Source: Camelus dromedarius (Eukaryota). Taken from it: 64,000 bases of DNA. Under the pieces are notes generated by a model. The model saw only the letters and a list, made by a program, of their open reading frames with translations, had not been told where the DNA came from and made no database searches. The position numbers were made by a program, and so were the translations under genes. Every line of letters begins with the position of its first letter. The stretch's first letter is position 1. Shown here in pieces: positions 25,396-39,920 of the stretch. The stretch is taken from NCBI RefSeq assembly GCF_036321535.1, contig NC_087437.1, positions 8,680,001-8,744,000 on the forward strand, in the 5' to 3' direction.

Positions 25396-25892
25396 GTTTT
25401 TCTTTCAAGAAAATGCCTTTCTCCCACAATATTTCAAAGACTTTTAGAATATGGATTAAACCATGGATTTTCTTTCATGAATTCTGTAAGCTGGCATATG
25501 GAGCATGATCATAAAGTGTAAATAATCACAAGAACATTGTCTCTGTAGGTAAATTTGGCCACTGAAAGTGTCTTTTGTGTAGCCAAATGTTGCCTTTTAT
25601 CCAAATGTCTCACAGCACTTTGCAAACAGGTGATGTATGACACATACCAAAAATAGTTCTATCCCCATCATTTTAATATCACCGCCTTTCTGAAGAAATG
25701 GTTGTTTAAAACCCCAGGATACCGCCAATCAGAAGAGCAAATAAAGAATATTTTCACCTCCTTGGAAAAGACTGCAGCAGGAAGCTAGTAACCAGCTAAT
25801 GCTGGAGTTAATGCTTTCAGCAAGATTTATGCTCCAGGTGGCATGAAAGCTTTCCAGAAGTGTGCAACCTAGCTTTCTGTAATAGATTAGGT

Positions 25893-25894
25893 AT

Positions 25895-25942
<48 letters not shown>

Positions 25943-26455
25943 TTTTATTTTTTTATTGACATATAGCCAGTTACAGTGTGTCAGTTTCTGGTGTACAGCA
26001 TAATGTCCCAGTCATGCATACATAAATACACACACACACACATATTCTTTTTCATATTCTTTTTTATTAAAGGTTATTACAAAATACTGAATATAGTTCC
26101 CTGTGCTATACAGAAGAAATTTGTTTTTTTTTTTTTTAAATCTATTTTTATATATAGTGGTTAACATTTGCAAATCTCAAACTCCCAAATTTATCCCTTC
26201 CCACCCCTTTTCTCGCCGGTGGCCATAAGATTATTTACTATGTCCACAAGACTGTTTCTGATTTGTAAATGAGTTCATTAGTAGCCTCTTTTTTCTGTAT
26301 TTTTTTTAGATTCCACGTATGAGTGATATCATATGGTATTTTTCTTTCTCTTTCTGGCTTAGTTCACTTAGAATGATGATCTCCAGGTCCATCCATGCTG
26401 CTGCGGATGGCATTATTTTATTCGTTTTTATGGCTGAGTAGTATCCCATTGTCTT
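25893..26455 (-). mobile_element. 5'-truncated L1 3' end with a (TTTA)n tail
   Basis: Close to the copy at 23756-24375 (cttagaatgatgatctccaggtccatccatg). Confidence 0.9.
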
Positions 26456-26952
26456 TATTTTAGAATATTAAGTTTGGGGGTGGTGTGGGGAGAACAGCCA
26501 AGAGGAATGGCTGAAGATGAGCTAGGACCTGTAGCAACAAGATAGTTTCAATGTACCTGGAGTAATGAGCCACTGACACTAATGCCAGTGTATACGCAGG
26601 GTCACAGCTCCTCGGTTAATGACGTCACAGTGGCATGACAGTATACTGGCATCAATGATCAGAGTTGAAAGCCCTCACAAATCTCACACTTATTTCTGAA
26701 ATCCTTTTTATTGAAATTCTGTCCTGACTTCCTCCTTTTTCTTGGAGATAAAAGTCTCCTCAAGGAAAACTTATATTTTAATTTTTCTGCATGAGGGAAA
26801 CTGCAGGAAGTGAGGGGAGGGAAAAGGTAAATATCTTGAATCAGCAATTTACCTGGACATTTTCCATCTTGCAAGTCACTACTTCTAGTGTCTGTAATAT
26901 CCCTTCAGTCACAGGACTTCCCACCAGTCCCAGAGGAAGAGTGAGTTTAGAG

Positions 26953-27133
26953 CAGTGAGTCTCAAGCTTGAGTGTGTAGCAGAATCACCTGGAAGGTGGC
27001 CCGGATGGCTGGGCCCACCCTCAGAGATGCTGATTTGGAGAGTCTGGGATGAGGCCTCAGGACCTGCATTTCAAGCAAGTTCCCAGGGGATACTGATGCT
27101 CTTGGCCCTGGTCCCACACTTTGCGAACCACTG
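26953..27133. mobile_element. MER5A-like hAT-Charlie DNA transposon
   Basis: Termini cagtgagtctcaa...ttgcgaaccactg; internal gcagaatcacctggaag and tgcatttcaagcaagttcccagg. Confidence 0.85.
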
Positions 27134-29159
27134 GTGTAAGGTCCACTGGGCAAGGCATACGCTTTTTCTTTGGACAAGAGATCAGTAGCAATATGTGTGG
27201 TCTGATCATGGCTTTTCTCAGTAATAATTTCAACTATATAGAGGGAACTTCAGGCAAGTGAACAGTAACCCTTCAGGTAATTAGTGCCTGAATACAGAAA
27301 AATCTGATGAAAACAGGAAGCAGTTGACAGGTGTGGTAGTGCATAGGGCTCTTTTGTTCCTGCACTGGGAGGCTGTTTGCGCCGTCCTTATCTATTTTTA
27401 TCTCAGTTCTAGAATGTTCTTGGTTGAAGCCTTCAGCTGAGGACCCCAGGGAGACTCTCAATCTTGAATTTGCTAATATTCAGACCAGGTCACAATGGGT
27501 TTTATTCTTTCTCTGGGCTAAGCAATGGGATCACAAAGTCTACTTTTAGAGAAAAGAGAAGCCCACTGCCCCTGCACTCTTTCCCGTGATGATAGATACA
27601 GGAAAACAGAAGGAAACTGAGATGTCAGTCAGGTCAAAAGGTTTCCAATATTTTAAGAGAAAGACTTTGTTCAGATAAAACCTTTCTCAAAAGCTCAAAG
27701 CAACTAGGTAGAACCCCAAATCATCTCAGACATGTTTTCAAGCTCATGATGCCAAAAACCTCTGCAGTTTTCAGATGAGACACCCAATCCTAGGTGACCA
27801 GGGACGTGCTGTTGTTCTGGAGACAAGGGAAGATCTGAAGCCAAGAGCAAGGGTTCCTTGAACAGTGCCTATGCCTTTCCTTGTTGGACCACATAAGGGG
27901 GTCAGCAGTCTCTCATAGTTACTTTGGAAGTGGGCACATCATCCTCCCACAGAGGCATTTATACAGGAAGCCAGACCCCAGGGAGAAACACCGGAGCCAG
28001 GACCAGCAAAGCCCAGTTGTCATGATCACAAGAACAGTCTTCCAACAGCAACAGGCATACGAACAATCCATGCCTACATAACTTGAATCTGTTAGTTGTT
28101 TTCTGTCAGTTTTCAACGAGGCGAGAAGTTGAAAGCAGATGAACTATTGAAATCTTCTAAGAGGCAAAATATCCAGTTTTCAATAAGAAGAAAAATCAAA
28201 GATAACCACCTTGAGTGAAATAAAACATAATCAAAAGGGGCCAAGTGTGCATCCTTTATTGGTTAAAAGTTAGAACACTAATGTTCTGAATTGGCTACAA
28301 CATTTTTATAAGTCCATGAAAAAGACAAAATAAACTACCTTAATAAAGGTGAAGAAATTATGCTGCACTCAGGATACAACTTTGAAAATGTTAGAAACAG
28401 GAACAGGATGTAAATGTTAACATAGACACACGTGCAGGGAAAGGAAATTATTTGCCGTTTGTGTTTGAGTGCCAAGGCTATATCTGGTCTACTTAGATCC
28501 TCATTGCCTCTAGAGATGCTTGGAAATCACCACCATCCCTCATATTTACTAAGTAGAAAGCTGAGAGGTTACAAATACCACGATGAAAGTTCACCAAATC
28601 CTTAGGGGTTTGATATCTCCAGTCTGACTTTTGAATCCATGTATGCTATTTGAATGATATTAACCTATTTTCAGGATGAGGGATTTTTTTATGTTTGTTT
28701 TTATTATCACCGTTGACTATTATTTAAATTGAATTTCTGTTTAGGATCTTCAAAGGCTTTTGCGTCTTTATAAACAACATGTCTCTTAACCTATTCCAGA
28801 TAACACTTCTTAACAGCTAGTCATTTTCAAACAGCTTTGGGAGACACAGGTTATGTGAGGAGGTTTCATAGCATTGATTTCCTGTGCATTTGCTTTGCCA
28901 AAATGATTTTTCTGCTCTTCAGGAAAACTCCTGACCTGTATGAATCAAGAAGGCTTCAAGAGTGACTTTTCTAAAACCACTTCTAGAACAAGTCATGCCT
29001 TTCTGCATTTGCATGTTTCACATTATTTATCTGGAATGCTGAGACCCTCCTTGCTTGCTGGCAAAACTCTGCCCGGCTTTCAAAACTCAACTAAATATCA
29101 CCTTCTCTGTGAGGCTCTCTGTAGAGATACTGCTCGGATGCCTTTGCTCTGAATGAGCA

Positions 29160-29575
29160 TCTACCCTGCCATGCTTAGGATACAAATTTCCTGGAAACTT
29201 GAAGTTGGGACATAATCTCTGTTGGGATCCCACATTTACAAATCAGTGTCAAATCAGGGCAGGGATGGTCATGCTTTCTCAACTGCAAACCCATCAGGAA
29301 AAGTGACCAACAGAGAAAGAGAGCAAACCAACCTGGAGAAACAGAAGGCTGAAACTCGGGGTAAGGAGACGAACAACCAAGAGAGAAGAGCCCACAAGAC
29401 GGAGAGATATGCTTCTTTGATTCTCAGTGACCTTTCAGAACACAATCCAGTGCCTTTGGAGTTGCTGCACTTTTGCTCCGGGTTTCATAAAATGTGCTTC
29501 TAGCCATCCAATAAAATCTCTGTTTTGTTCAGGCTAGCTTGAGTGAGTTTTGTCACAAAAGCAAATAATCTCCCA
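29160..29575 (+). mobile_element. Old ERVL/MaLR-class LTR remnant
   Basis: 3' motif ccaataaaatctctgttttgttcaggctagcttgagtgagttttgtcac. Confidence 0.55.
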
Positions 29576-29648
29576 TCACTTATTAGATATACAACCTAGT
29601 AGAGGAAGTGTTCTGTATTCCTCCTATCTTAATAATCTGTGCTGTTTC

Positions 29649-30386
29649 AGGAACCTTCTGCACTGTTGTTGGGAATGTAAATTGGTGCAGCCACTATGGA
29701 AAACAGTATGGTGGTTCCTTAAAAAAGTAAAAATAGACTTATCGTATGATCCAGTAATCCCACTCCTGGGCATATATCTGAAGAAAATTCTAATTCAAAA
29801 AGATACATGCAACCCAGGGTTCATAGCAGCACTATTTACAATGGCCACAACATGGAAGCAACCTAAATGTCCATCAACAGATGACTGGATAAAGAAGACG
29901 TGGTATATATACAGAGTGGAATATTACTCAGTCATAAAAAATAATGAAATGTCATTTGCAGCAACATGAATGGACCTAGAGATTATCATATTAAGTGAAA
30001 TAAGTCAGATGGAGAAAGACAAATATATGATCATATAATGTCACTTATATGTGGAATCTAAGCAGAAAGGAAAAGATACAAATTTTACTTACAAACTGGA
30101 AATAGACTCATGAATGTAGGAAACAAACGGTGGTTACTAGCAGGGAAAAGAGGGGGAGGGATAGATTAGAAGTTTGAGATTAATAGATACATACTACTAT
30201 ATATAAAATAGATAGACAACAAGGACCTAGCACAGAGAACTACTTTCAATTTCTTGTAGTGAGCCATAATGGAAAAGAATCTGAAAAAATTATTTATATA
30301 TATATAAAACTGAATAGCTTTGCTGTACACCTGAAACTAACATTGTAAATTGACTACCCTTCAATAAAAAATAAGAATTAAAAAAG
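29649..30386 (+). mobile_element. 5'-truncated L1 (ORF2 C-terminus + 3' UTR) inserted in an L2
   Basis: [17 protein letters not shown]...FIAALFTMATTWKQPKCPS; TSD taatctgtgct(g/t)tttc at 29633-29648 and 30387-30402. Confidence 0.93.
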
Positions 30387-31164
30387 TAATCTGTGCTTTT
30401 TCTACTACTGTGCTGTAGTATAATTATTAACTAGTCTTTTCTCTTGTTAATCTGTGATACCCTAAAAAAAAACAGAGACCATAATTCATTCTTCTTAAAC
30501 TGTCAGCACCTAACATTGCACCTGACCTTTACTAGGTATTCAATCAATATGTGTTGAATAAATGAATAAATGTACTATTCATTCTACAAAAAAAAAATCT
30601 ATTCTAAGGAATAACAATAATAGAGGTCTATGATTAATCATGATGAAGTCTAGTAACTCAGGTGATGGCAGAAAGCTTTTGATAATGCCTGTCTTTCCTC
30701 CCCTGAATTTTCTCATGTTTTGAATGCCTATAGTTGCTCCATGGTGTTCCTGTGGTTCCTCTGTTGGTTTTGTAGTGGCTGTGAATGAACCTTCGATTGT
30801 CACTGTTATCTCCTGAACTCCCTGATAGCAACCCACTTATCTATGCAACCAGCTTCTTCAAAGCATGGTGTGGAAGTATTTATGGTAAAGAGCCTGGAAC
30901 GACAAAGGAGGTGAATGGAATTAGATTTTCATGGAAGTTTCCTTCTATATCCCTTTTAAAAAATATAGTTTAGGAGAAGAGATTGGAAGTTTTTCTAAAG
31001 GATGCAATATTTCTGTGAGCTCTCCTCTCTTAGTTGGTATGGACTGGGACATTTTCTGAATCTTGTATCAGTGTACAGGCTATAGGTCAATGAAAATCTC
31101 TGGTTTCCAATGAACAAAAACCCTATTGCTCCTATCCTCTCCTTCCTCTTTCTCTTGTTTCTTC

Positions 31165-31610
31165 TTCTTTACTTATTGTAGCATAATATGCATGTAAAAA
31201 ATTGTATCTCTCCTAAGTGTAGAGCTCAGTGACCATTAGCAGACAACACACATGTACAACCAGCATCCAGGGAGCCCTCCATAATGCTCTTTCTTGTCAC
31301 CATGACCCCCACTCAAGACTCACCATCATCCTTACTTCTGACATCAGAGCTGAATTTTGCCTGGTTTGGCACTTTCTACAAGTAGGATCACACAGTACAT
31401 ACTCTTTTGTGTCTGGCTTCTTTGGTTTAATGTTATGTTATGAGGTTCCTTCATGATTTTGTCTGATTGTTTGTGCTCATTGCTATATATTACTCCTTGT
31501 CTGAATACCCTGTAATTCATTTATCCATCTACTGTTGATGGACATCATGGCACTAGTTATCATGAAGAACATCAGTACCCACAACTTGAGTATGTTTTTG
31601 ACGCCCAATT
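31165..31610 (-). mobile_element. Old L1M (L1MC/ME-like) 3' fragment
   Basis: cagtacatactcttttgtgtctggcttcttt; ttcatttatccatctactgttgatggacat. Confidence 0.75.
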
Positions 31611-32491
31611 TTCTTTTCATTTATCTGAAGTCCCCCAAAATATCCAGACACTTTGAGTCACCGCTGTAACCACTGTAAAGAAGGCATGCAATAGATAGTT
31701 TTCTAAAATCTTCTGAGTGAGATTCATTGCTTGAGAAAACCTCATATCTAACATCTGTCTCAGTCAGGGGAAAAAATGTGCTCTGACCTCAGATTGTAAT
31801 AGGCCACTGGGGGATTCTGCTTCTTGAATATCACTCTTACAGATGATGTGCACACTGATAAGAGACAAAGGAAGTGCTTCTCTAAAAGCCAAATTATCTG
31901 TGGTCAGAAAAGCAGGCAGAGTATGACAGTTTAGGAGGAGTGGGACTTGAAAGAAGGGAATGGTCTGTGGCTGTTCTTTCTGCTGCAGGAAATGAGGCTG
32001 AGCTCTGCCTCCCCTCCCCGCCATCACCGCCATCCCACTCCCCACCCGGACATCAAGTGGACTTCTGCAAAACATAAGCAAAAACAAAGAAGAAAAATTG
32101 TTTGATGGTATCACACTTTGCTTATCATGAATCCCTCACTCAACCCCTACCTGGGCATGATAAAACCTACCTCCTCTTTTAGAACTAGCTTGCGGGAAGA
32201 GAGTGAATTTTTCAAAACCACAAAAATGCATTTGTAGGTAGACTCCTGCAATATTTTTCAAAATGAGGTATTATGGAAGGTGATGACAGAGTTTAGTCCT
32301 ATAGAATCCTCAGGGTAGCTTGTTTAAGTTACAGGGTCTGGGCTCCATCCAGGTGGCAGAAGTTATGTTCTTATGGGGGCCCTTGTGTTTCCAGAGCTGT
32401 CCTCTGTCTGACCCCAGGTCTGCAACATCTTCAGCTTGGGACACCCCAGGTTAGGTAGCTGGCCAAGTAAGCTGTTACAAGTATCTACAAC

Positions 32492-32826
32492 CACACTGTT
32501 CAATAGAAACGTAATGTGAGCTACAAATGCCACCACATATTTAACTTAAAATTTTCTAGTAGCCACGTTACATGGAATAAAAAGAAACAAGTAAAGTTAA
32601 TTTTAATAATTTATTTTATGTCATTCAATATATCCAACGTAGTATCATTTCAATATGTAATCAATATAAAATTACTAATGAGGTAATTTATATTCTTTTA
32701 CTTATAATAAGTGTTTGAAATCAGGGGTATATTTTATAGTTACAGATCATCTCTGTTCAGACTGGTTACATTTCAAGCACTCAACAGCCACATGAGGCTA
32801 GTGGCTACCATACTGGAAAGCATAGG
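32492..32826 (-). mobile_element. MER33 hAT-Charlie DNA transposon
   Basis: aattttctagtagccac; atttcaatatgtaatcaatataaaat; catttcaagcactcaacagccacatgaggctagtggctaccatactgga. Confidence 0.85.
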
Positions 32827-34454
32827 TAATAAATGAAGAAATAGTCTATGTAATTAGATCAAAATTATCAGATAAATTGATTACTGAAGAAATGAGTAAA
32901 TAACTGAAAGTAACTTCCCCCAGGTTCTGCTTTCATGATCTCTCCTCATCTTTCCTTCATTTCTGATGGTCAGGGGTGGGGTGTGTGTTGCAGGGATGCG
33001 AAGGAAAGAGGGCCAGTGGGCCAGTGACAAAATGAGAAAATGCAAATATTTATGTTTTTAAACTTCTGCCTGTTGCCATTTTTTGTTTGTTTGTTGTTTG
33101 AATTTCTTCTTAATGAGAGAAAAAAGAAAGAAGGAAAGAAAGAGGGGAAGAAGGAAGGAAGTTGTACTTGAATTGAAGGCAGAAGACTTAAATCTTATTT
33201 AATCCAGTTTAATTAGAGCAGTAACTATGTGACCTATAATCACCTGGGGAACTTACTTAAAATGTAGAACTGTTACCCCCAACCCTAAAAACAAACTAAA
33301 AGTAGTAGGATGGAGATATTTTAACAAATATCCCAGGCAGCCCTGATGTAGACTGTGGACTGGTTCATAAGAAATGATAGATCTTCAGTTATGATGGGTT
33401 ATTCTAAGGTGAGGAGAGAATGGTGGTTATTTTTGAGTGAACCAATGAGCCACATTGAGAAGGGGGACCTACTGGACACAGTATAACTTGGGCAAAACAA
33501 ACGTCAAAGAGCCAGATGATGCTTGTTGCTGCTTTGTAAGTGACACTGGGATTCGTTTGGTGAAGAAATGTTCTTAGAGCAAAAGCATTCATTCCAAGAT
33601 TGGACAGAAGAATCAGGAGCCATCAACAGGCATTGTCTCTCATCCTTGGAGCTTACTGGAAAGATTTAGGTACACTTTGATTCCAGCAGGTGCTATCAGA
33701 GCTGTCAAAGGAAGGAAGGTCTTCACCAATGAGACCACGAAAGGCATGGATGGATGTCCACCAACCAACAGCAGCTTCCCCCAGCCAGGCCCCTCATCAA
33801 TGCACATGCCCCCACACAATCTCTTCACACGAGACTGTACAAAGGGCCCTGACATGGAGGCAGCCAACATGGAGCTGTGGGGGTACAGGGGCCAGGAGGA
33901 GGCTCCAGGAAGACTTCCCTCTGGAACTGTCTTGGAGGGTGGGAAGGATGTCTTCAGGCAGAGACAGGAGGGCCACTCCAAGCAGAGGTCGGGCAGTGGA
34001 AAGATGTAAGAGCATTCTGGGAAAAGTGGTCCAGATGGCAGAGAAACAGCATGGGAGTTAAATGTTAAACGAGTTATTGTTTTCTGTCCGGAGTCCAGGT
34101 TTGGGGAAAAGCATTACATACAGAGGGAGACAGACCTGCCTTGTACTCCCTGTCTTGGTGAAATTATTATAGTGCCCTTCTCTCACAGATAATTTAGACA
34201 TAAATCATCTGATCGGTCTACTGTGATGGAAGGATTTTCTCTCTGATGTTGGCTCAGGAAGGCAGAGGGAGGGGGAAATCGGTGCCTTAGCCAATGAGAC
34301 TTAAAATACATTTACCACTCATATAATTTTGCGTCCTGGCCCTGTTATCACCAAGACAAAACAGCTGATCCTTTTATAAACACTTCCTGTAGAACAAACG
34401 ATTTAACCTCTGTGAGTCAACTTCCTTATCATTAAAGTTCAGATAATAATATTA

Positions 34455-34802
34455 CAGGTCCACCATCTCTTACCCAGAAGCACTGAAGTAAGACAGATTT
34501 TGAAATGTAGCATTTTTTCAGATTTTAGAAAGGTGTTTTCTTTTTTTCCAATTTTAGAAAGTTAATTATATACCTCCCTCCCTGGGATATACAGCACCCT
34601 ATAATCATCACAGTTCTCTTTCTGCAGCAAACACATGAATATTCACATGAAGTGGAATAAATAAATAAGCCTTTTATGGCTTTGAATCAGTTCTCATGAT
34701 TTGCTACAAAGAGGTTTGCCAGGTTCTTGTGGGAAAACGTTATTTTGGATTGAGAGCTCACTGGATGTCAGACTTGCTGATAAGGGGTTGGTTGTGGAAT
34801 TG
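34455..34802 (+). mobile_element. MER46C-like TcMar-Tigger non-autonomous element
   Basis: TA|caggtccaccatctctta ... gataaggggttggttgtggaattg|TA terminal repeats; internal tttctgcagcaaacacatgaatattcac. Confidence 0.8.
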
Positions 34803-35804
34803 TATTTCATGCACAGTGATAAATACATTAGATTTTCCATGTAGGGCATAGAGTGTTAGCAGAATGTTCCAGGACTGTAAACTACTCACAATGATTAGCA
34901 GTAATATTTCCTAGAGATCCCAGAGAAAAAGTTGTGCAACTTGATCTGCAGCTGTTCCCCGGTTTTGAATAGCGCTCTCCGTCTCTGCTCAGTGTCAGAC
35001 TTTAACTTGGATGATCCGAGCCTCAGGGCTCCCTCATCCATCAACCAGCACAAACACTGACCCTCAGTTGCATTCATGAGTCCAGATTACTTCATGAGAT
35101 AGTGAAAATAAATAAGGTCCTATGCAAATTCGATTAAAATCCAATCAAGGGAAATAAACTGCAGACATCTGCTCTTCTCTGCCAGTTCAGTGTCATTTGA
35201 ATATTTTCTCCTGGTCTTAAAACAAAAACAAGAACAAAACAAAATAAAAATTCAAAAAAGACTGTTTATTTTTCTTGAGTGCCTGCCAGATTGGCGTCTG
35301 AGCATTTGAGTCACTAAGGAACTATTTGAACAGGTCAGAGGAAAAGTAAACCCATCAGGTGAAAAGCACACAGGCTGTGTATTTTTTGGCCCTTTGTTTC
35401 TGATTCAGAAATGGATTGTTTGGCGAGCTCACTTTTCTTTTAGGTGATAGTAAAACAGTGTTTTGAGTCTCCTTGGAAGTGGTGGTCCAGCTTTGTACCC
35501 AGATCTACCAGGCATAATTGAAAAGTCATTTTAGATACCAAAAAAAAAAAAAAAAGAAAAAGAAAAATTAGAACACAGCTTGACTGGGTCTACTGGGTGA
35601 AGTACATATCTGATCAATTAATCTATGGTGCTATTTGCATCTGGGAGAGACTTTTATTCTATTTCTCCATAGTTCAACTCGATAGTTTTTGTATGATTTC
35701 TCCACCAATACACAAACAGGTAGCTAGTGTCTGTGGGAAGCACACCCAGCCACGGTGTTGAAAACTCGGGGTGGGAATCACACCCAGCAGAACTTTGAAG
35801 AAAC

Positions 35805-36145
35805 ATCTTACCTCAGTTTGGGAGGCTAACACGGAACACACAGATTAGGGGGCTTCAACAACGAACATTTATTTTTCATAGTTCTGGAAGTCCAAGATCA
35901 GGATTCCTGCATGGTGGGGCTCTTGGTGGGGTTCCTTTTCCTGATTTACAGACGACCTTTGTATCCTCAAGTGTCAGAGGGGAGAGAGAGGGATGGCTCT
36001 CTCCTTCTTACAAGAGCCCTGATCCCCTAGAGGGGGCTCCCTCCTTCATGACCTAAGTACTTCCCCAGGCCCCACCTGCAAATGCCATCACATTATGGCT
36101 TCAACATCTGAATTTTAGGAAGACACAGACATGCAATCCATAACA
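35805..36145 (-). mobile_element. MLT1A-like MaLR solo LTR
   Basis: gcttcaacaacgaacatttatttttcatagttctggaagtccaagatcagg; ends caatccataaca. Confidence 0.8.
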
Positions 36146-37334
36146 CATCCCAATTTCCCAATTAACTTGGACACAAAGAGCTTAGACATCATGATGGTTC
36201 AGCCAGACTGGAGACTCCAAGCAGACTGTCCAATCCAGACTGGTCACCCCTGAGAGGTCGAATGCTCCTGCCACACCAGGACCTAGTCACATTCTCCATC
36301 CTGGACTGGGTATCCACTCAGGGCAAACTGACCATTCAGGTCATACTGAAAGGACCAAATAAATGTACGGGTCAGTGTGAACCAGTCACGGCTTGCCTTA
36401 TCTCAATGTTTCAAACTAGGAAGTGACAGCTTAGATCCACCTACCACCCTAAACCCCAATGAACAGATCCATACTCTGTCTTCTTTAGCCATGTGGGTGC
36501 CTGACACATATATACCATCCCAGACACTCCAGAAATGCTGGACTCATCCCAGGCTTATCACCCAAGATAAATTTGCATTAGGTACTCATCACTCAGACCC
36601 ACAGATCATCTTCTCCCTCCAGTTCATGATCTACCATCAGGCCCCCGGAGACTGCTAGTCCCATCTAAGGTGTTCCCCGAAGGGGAGGGATTGAGTCAGG
36701 TAATTAAGAGTTCCCAGTGGCTATCTTCTCTTTAATTTACAATCCCCAAGGCTCAGCTAGGGTAGTTGAACAAAATACATTCATCTGTTTCTAGATTTAC
36801 GCGAGCTTCTTGGCCTGTCACAGGGGCAGATGTGAATGATTTTGTGTTTTATTTTAAGGGCTTGATTGCTGAACACAGAACGCTGAGAAGAATGGGGTTA
36901 TTAATTATGTTTATAATACGGTATAAATTAAGAAAATGGTAATATTTTCATAGTAACTGTTAAGAACTTCTCAATGGCTTCTGTTGTACTGAGTAGATCT
37001 AGTTGAATTTAATGACAATATGGATAAATCAACAAAACAGAAAGTCAAACATAAAATGCCGGGATTTATTTAGTAGTTGGCTTCTGTTCTACCCAAATTG
37101 TTAAATTACTTACCCCAGTTCACCAACTGGCTTCTTCTGTGTAAACATATTCTTTGTCAAAGCAAATGGTCTGCCAACATGTGACTCGTTATAAATCTAT
37201 TTAGCAAAAATCCCCTGTGAGGGTTTAATAACTAGTTTCCCTGATTGCTTGTGCAACTGGGTGGAATAACCTTCTCTTTCAGTTCTCCTCAAACCAAGTT
37301 CTGATTTGGTCCCGGGGGAAGGGAGGGACTGGAT

Positions 37335-37497
37335 TTGTACTCAGGGGACATCTGGCAATATCTGAAGACATTTTGGGATTGTCACAACCAGGGCATGGGG
37401 AAAGGATGCTTCCAGCATCCTACAATGCACAGGACACCCCATTTAACAATTATCTGGCCCCAAAGTGTCAATGGTGCCAAGGCTGAGAAACTCCGTT
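37335..37497 (+). mobile_element. MER20 DNA transposon
   Basis: caggggacatctggcaatatctgaagacatttt...catcctacaatgcacaggaca...ggctgagaaac. Confidence 0.85.
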
Positions 37498-39069
37498 GTA
37501 CATAATGGAACAAAACATGTAAAATTTCCACGGCTGGCTTTGGAAACAAATGTTCTGACAGTGCAATGCCCTCCATCTAGTATGTGGCCTTGGAGTAACT
37601 CTTAGTCTTCTCAGAGGTGGAAAAGAGACACAAAAGAAAATTCAATAGCGAGAAGTGTGCCAAGGAGTTTGCAGACCTCTTAGTAATCTGCATTCCAAGC
37701 CTCTGAACACAGAAGATGTTAATGCCCTCAATTATACAAATGGAAAAAAGGAGACTCCAAAAGACTAAGATAGTTCCCCAAATTCACTGCAAATAAGTGA
37801 TGGATCCTGCCTTTGAAGTTCTCTCTGATTTGCTGCGTAGCAGCAGGGAGGGCAGAGTGGCTGGGCTCTGGCAAGGGGCATCACTGGATTCTCCGATTTC
37901 CAGAGAAAAAGGACGTTTGGCTGGTAGCCTGGGGGACCATGAGTACTCACTTTTGTCCCTCTTGTGACTGAAAGGCAGGCAGCAGTGAAAAAACTGTCCA
38001 GTGGCCAACATGGTGGAAAATCACCCCTTTGCCATTGTTACCTTGAGGTAGAATATGCATACAGAGTGGTCCAGTATCGGATGTCATCAAATGAATATTA
38101 ATTCTAGCTCTATGACTTATATAACTCTGGAATCATAAGACTTAACCTATCATAGTTTAACGTTTTTTAATCTACAAACTGGAGATGATGATGACAGTTC
38201 TGATTCCTTAGGTCTTGGTAGGGGCTGAGAATTTTCATTTCTAGCACGTACCCAGGTGATAACAGTGCCCCCACCAATTGGAAAAACCCGCTCTGAAAGC
38301 CACATGGACTTAGGACATGGAGACTTACTTCCACGGCAGACCCTCGGTTGAGAACTCTATAAATGCTAGCTAATTTTTTCTTCCACAGTTGCTTGCCAAT
38401 CTCACTTCATATTTATAGTGTTCATTTCCTGCCTCCTTGATGAAATCTGGTACAATACATGATCCTGGAAAGCTTCTTTGGTTTGTGTGTGTCAGGTGGC
38501 TCTGAATCTTGGGGCTGACACTGTGACTTGTCTGCATGATGCTGTGTATTTTAGCTTCAGAATAGTGCTTCTCTCTGGTGTCATTCGTTACCAATATGGA
38601 GGGTCTATGGCCTGTGTGCCAGGCCACCTGCATCTTTTTCACACTGAGTAAGGCTGACTGTAGGGTGTCCTTGTATCAGTTGTCCAATTTGCCTTCAACA
38701 CCCAGTGCCCAGGAGCCAAAAAGTAGGAAGTACAGAAGGTCCAGTCACACTCCAGTGCCATCTATGTCTTTCGCATCTCTTGCCACCTGTTTTTCAGAGA
38801 GGAAGCAAACCCCTCTTCTGTTTGCACTGATAATCCTTGAGCAGGGAGAGAAAGACCCATGCCAGGGTGCCATCCTCTTAGTAGCCTCTTTGAAAAGGGT
38901 CTAACTCAATGTGCCCTTTCATCACAAGAAGGATTCCCTACGTACATGGCAGTCATGAGTGTGAGAGAGGCAGAGCAAGGCTGAGAGCTGCTGCTAAGAC
39001 TGCTCCACCTCTAATTTGTTTTCTTGCCATCTTTCCAGCCCACTCAGGCCCAGCAGAAATTCCGTGATA

Positions 39070-39592
39070 TCTGTATCGATCAGAACCTAGCTAGAAAAAA
39101 TAAAATCACTATGCCAGGTCATCTAATAGAAGAAGTTAAGTATGGGGAATGAGTAACAAGGTGTTAGGAAAGCTGAAAAAGCACAGAGGAAGAGGAAAAG
39201 CAACCAGAAAGTAGCCATGGCTAGAAGCCATCATCAGCTCCAGGGCTGGAGGGACAGGAGGAGGAGGTGAGGCAACCATGGGTTAGACCCACTGGGAAGA
39301 AGCTGGAACTATGGTGGACCAACCTGGTGGGAGCTGGGATGATCGTGAAGTCACAGGTCCTACTGTTCAAAAGACTAAGACACCACTCAAAGAATGGGGA
39401 GGGTGAGGAATATTCTAGCTTCAATCTTTATTCCACATTCTCTCCCATCATCCAATGGCAAGTATTCCCCATTAGCCCAATCCAGGCAGAAAAGGAGTCT
39501 GGGAAATGTAGTTTGCAGGGTCATCCTTCTCTAATGCAAAGCAAGGGAAGGACCATACCTACCTGAATGCAAACTAGCAAATAAATGTTACA
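39070..39592 (-). mobile_element. Old ERVL-class LTR remnant
   Basis: Motifs ttcccattagcccaatcca and ggagtctgggaaatgtagtttgcag; start resembles 59330-59415. Confidence 0.5.
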
Positions 39593-39719
39593 ATACCCAA
39601 CTCCATCAGTTTTAAATGCACTCCAAATTAAAAATAGCATTTATTAAGTCTGTTTTTCATTCTGCTTCATGATCCAGTTAGCTGATCTCTTTTCTGTTAG
39701 ACTTCATGAAAGGTAGCAG

Positions 39720-39920
39720 TTCATAGTTGGGAGTAAATCCTGTCTCAACATTTATGGGCTTTATGACTTTGGCAAAAAGACATCCAAAGACATCCTTGAA
39801 TCTCAATTCCACCATCTGTGTAATTGCGATAATATGTTGTCTATATCATAGGGCTCTTGTGAGGATTAAATAAGACAATGTTTATAAAACACAATGTCTA
39901 GCACACAAACAGCACTCATT
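39720..39920 (+). mobile_element. MIR SINE
   Basis: tctcaattccaccatctgtgtaa; catagggctcttgtgaggattaaataagacaatg. Confidence 0.75.

Noticed and set aside
26620..26627. Perfect CRE palindrome TGACGTCA (also at 3435-3442)
   Set aside because: An isolated 8-mer is expected by chance in 64 kb, and there is no promoter context.
27919..28116. Cys-rich 65-aa minus-strand ORF
   Set aside because: Non-ATG start, no recognisable family pattern and no supporting exon structure.
33640..34068. Several overlapping 63-123 aa ORFs in a GC-richer stretch
   Set aside because: No recognisable domain or convincing splice sites; stop scarcity is explained by composition. A blastx/Dfam search would settle it.
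37944..37990. Possible 17-nt minus-strand micro-exon (tttcag|...|gtgagt)
   Set aside because: It is not frame-preserving and I found no flanking exons.
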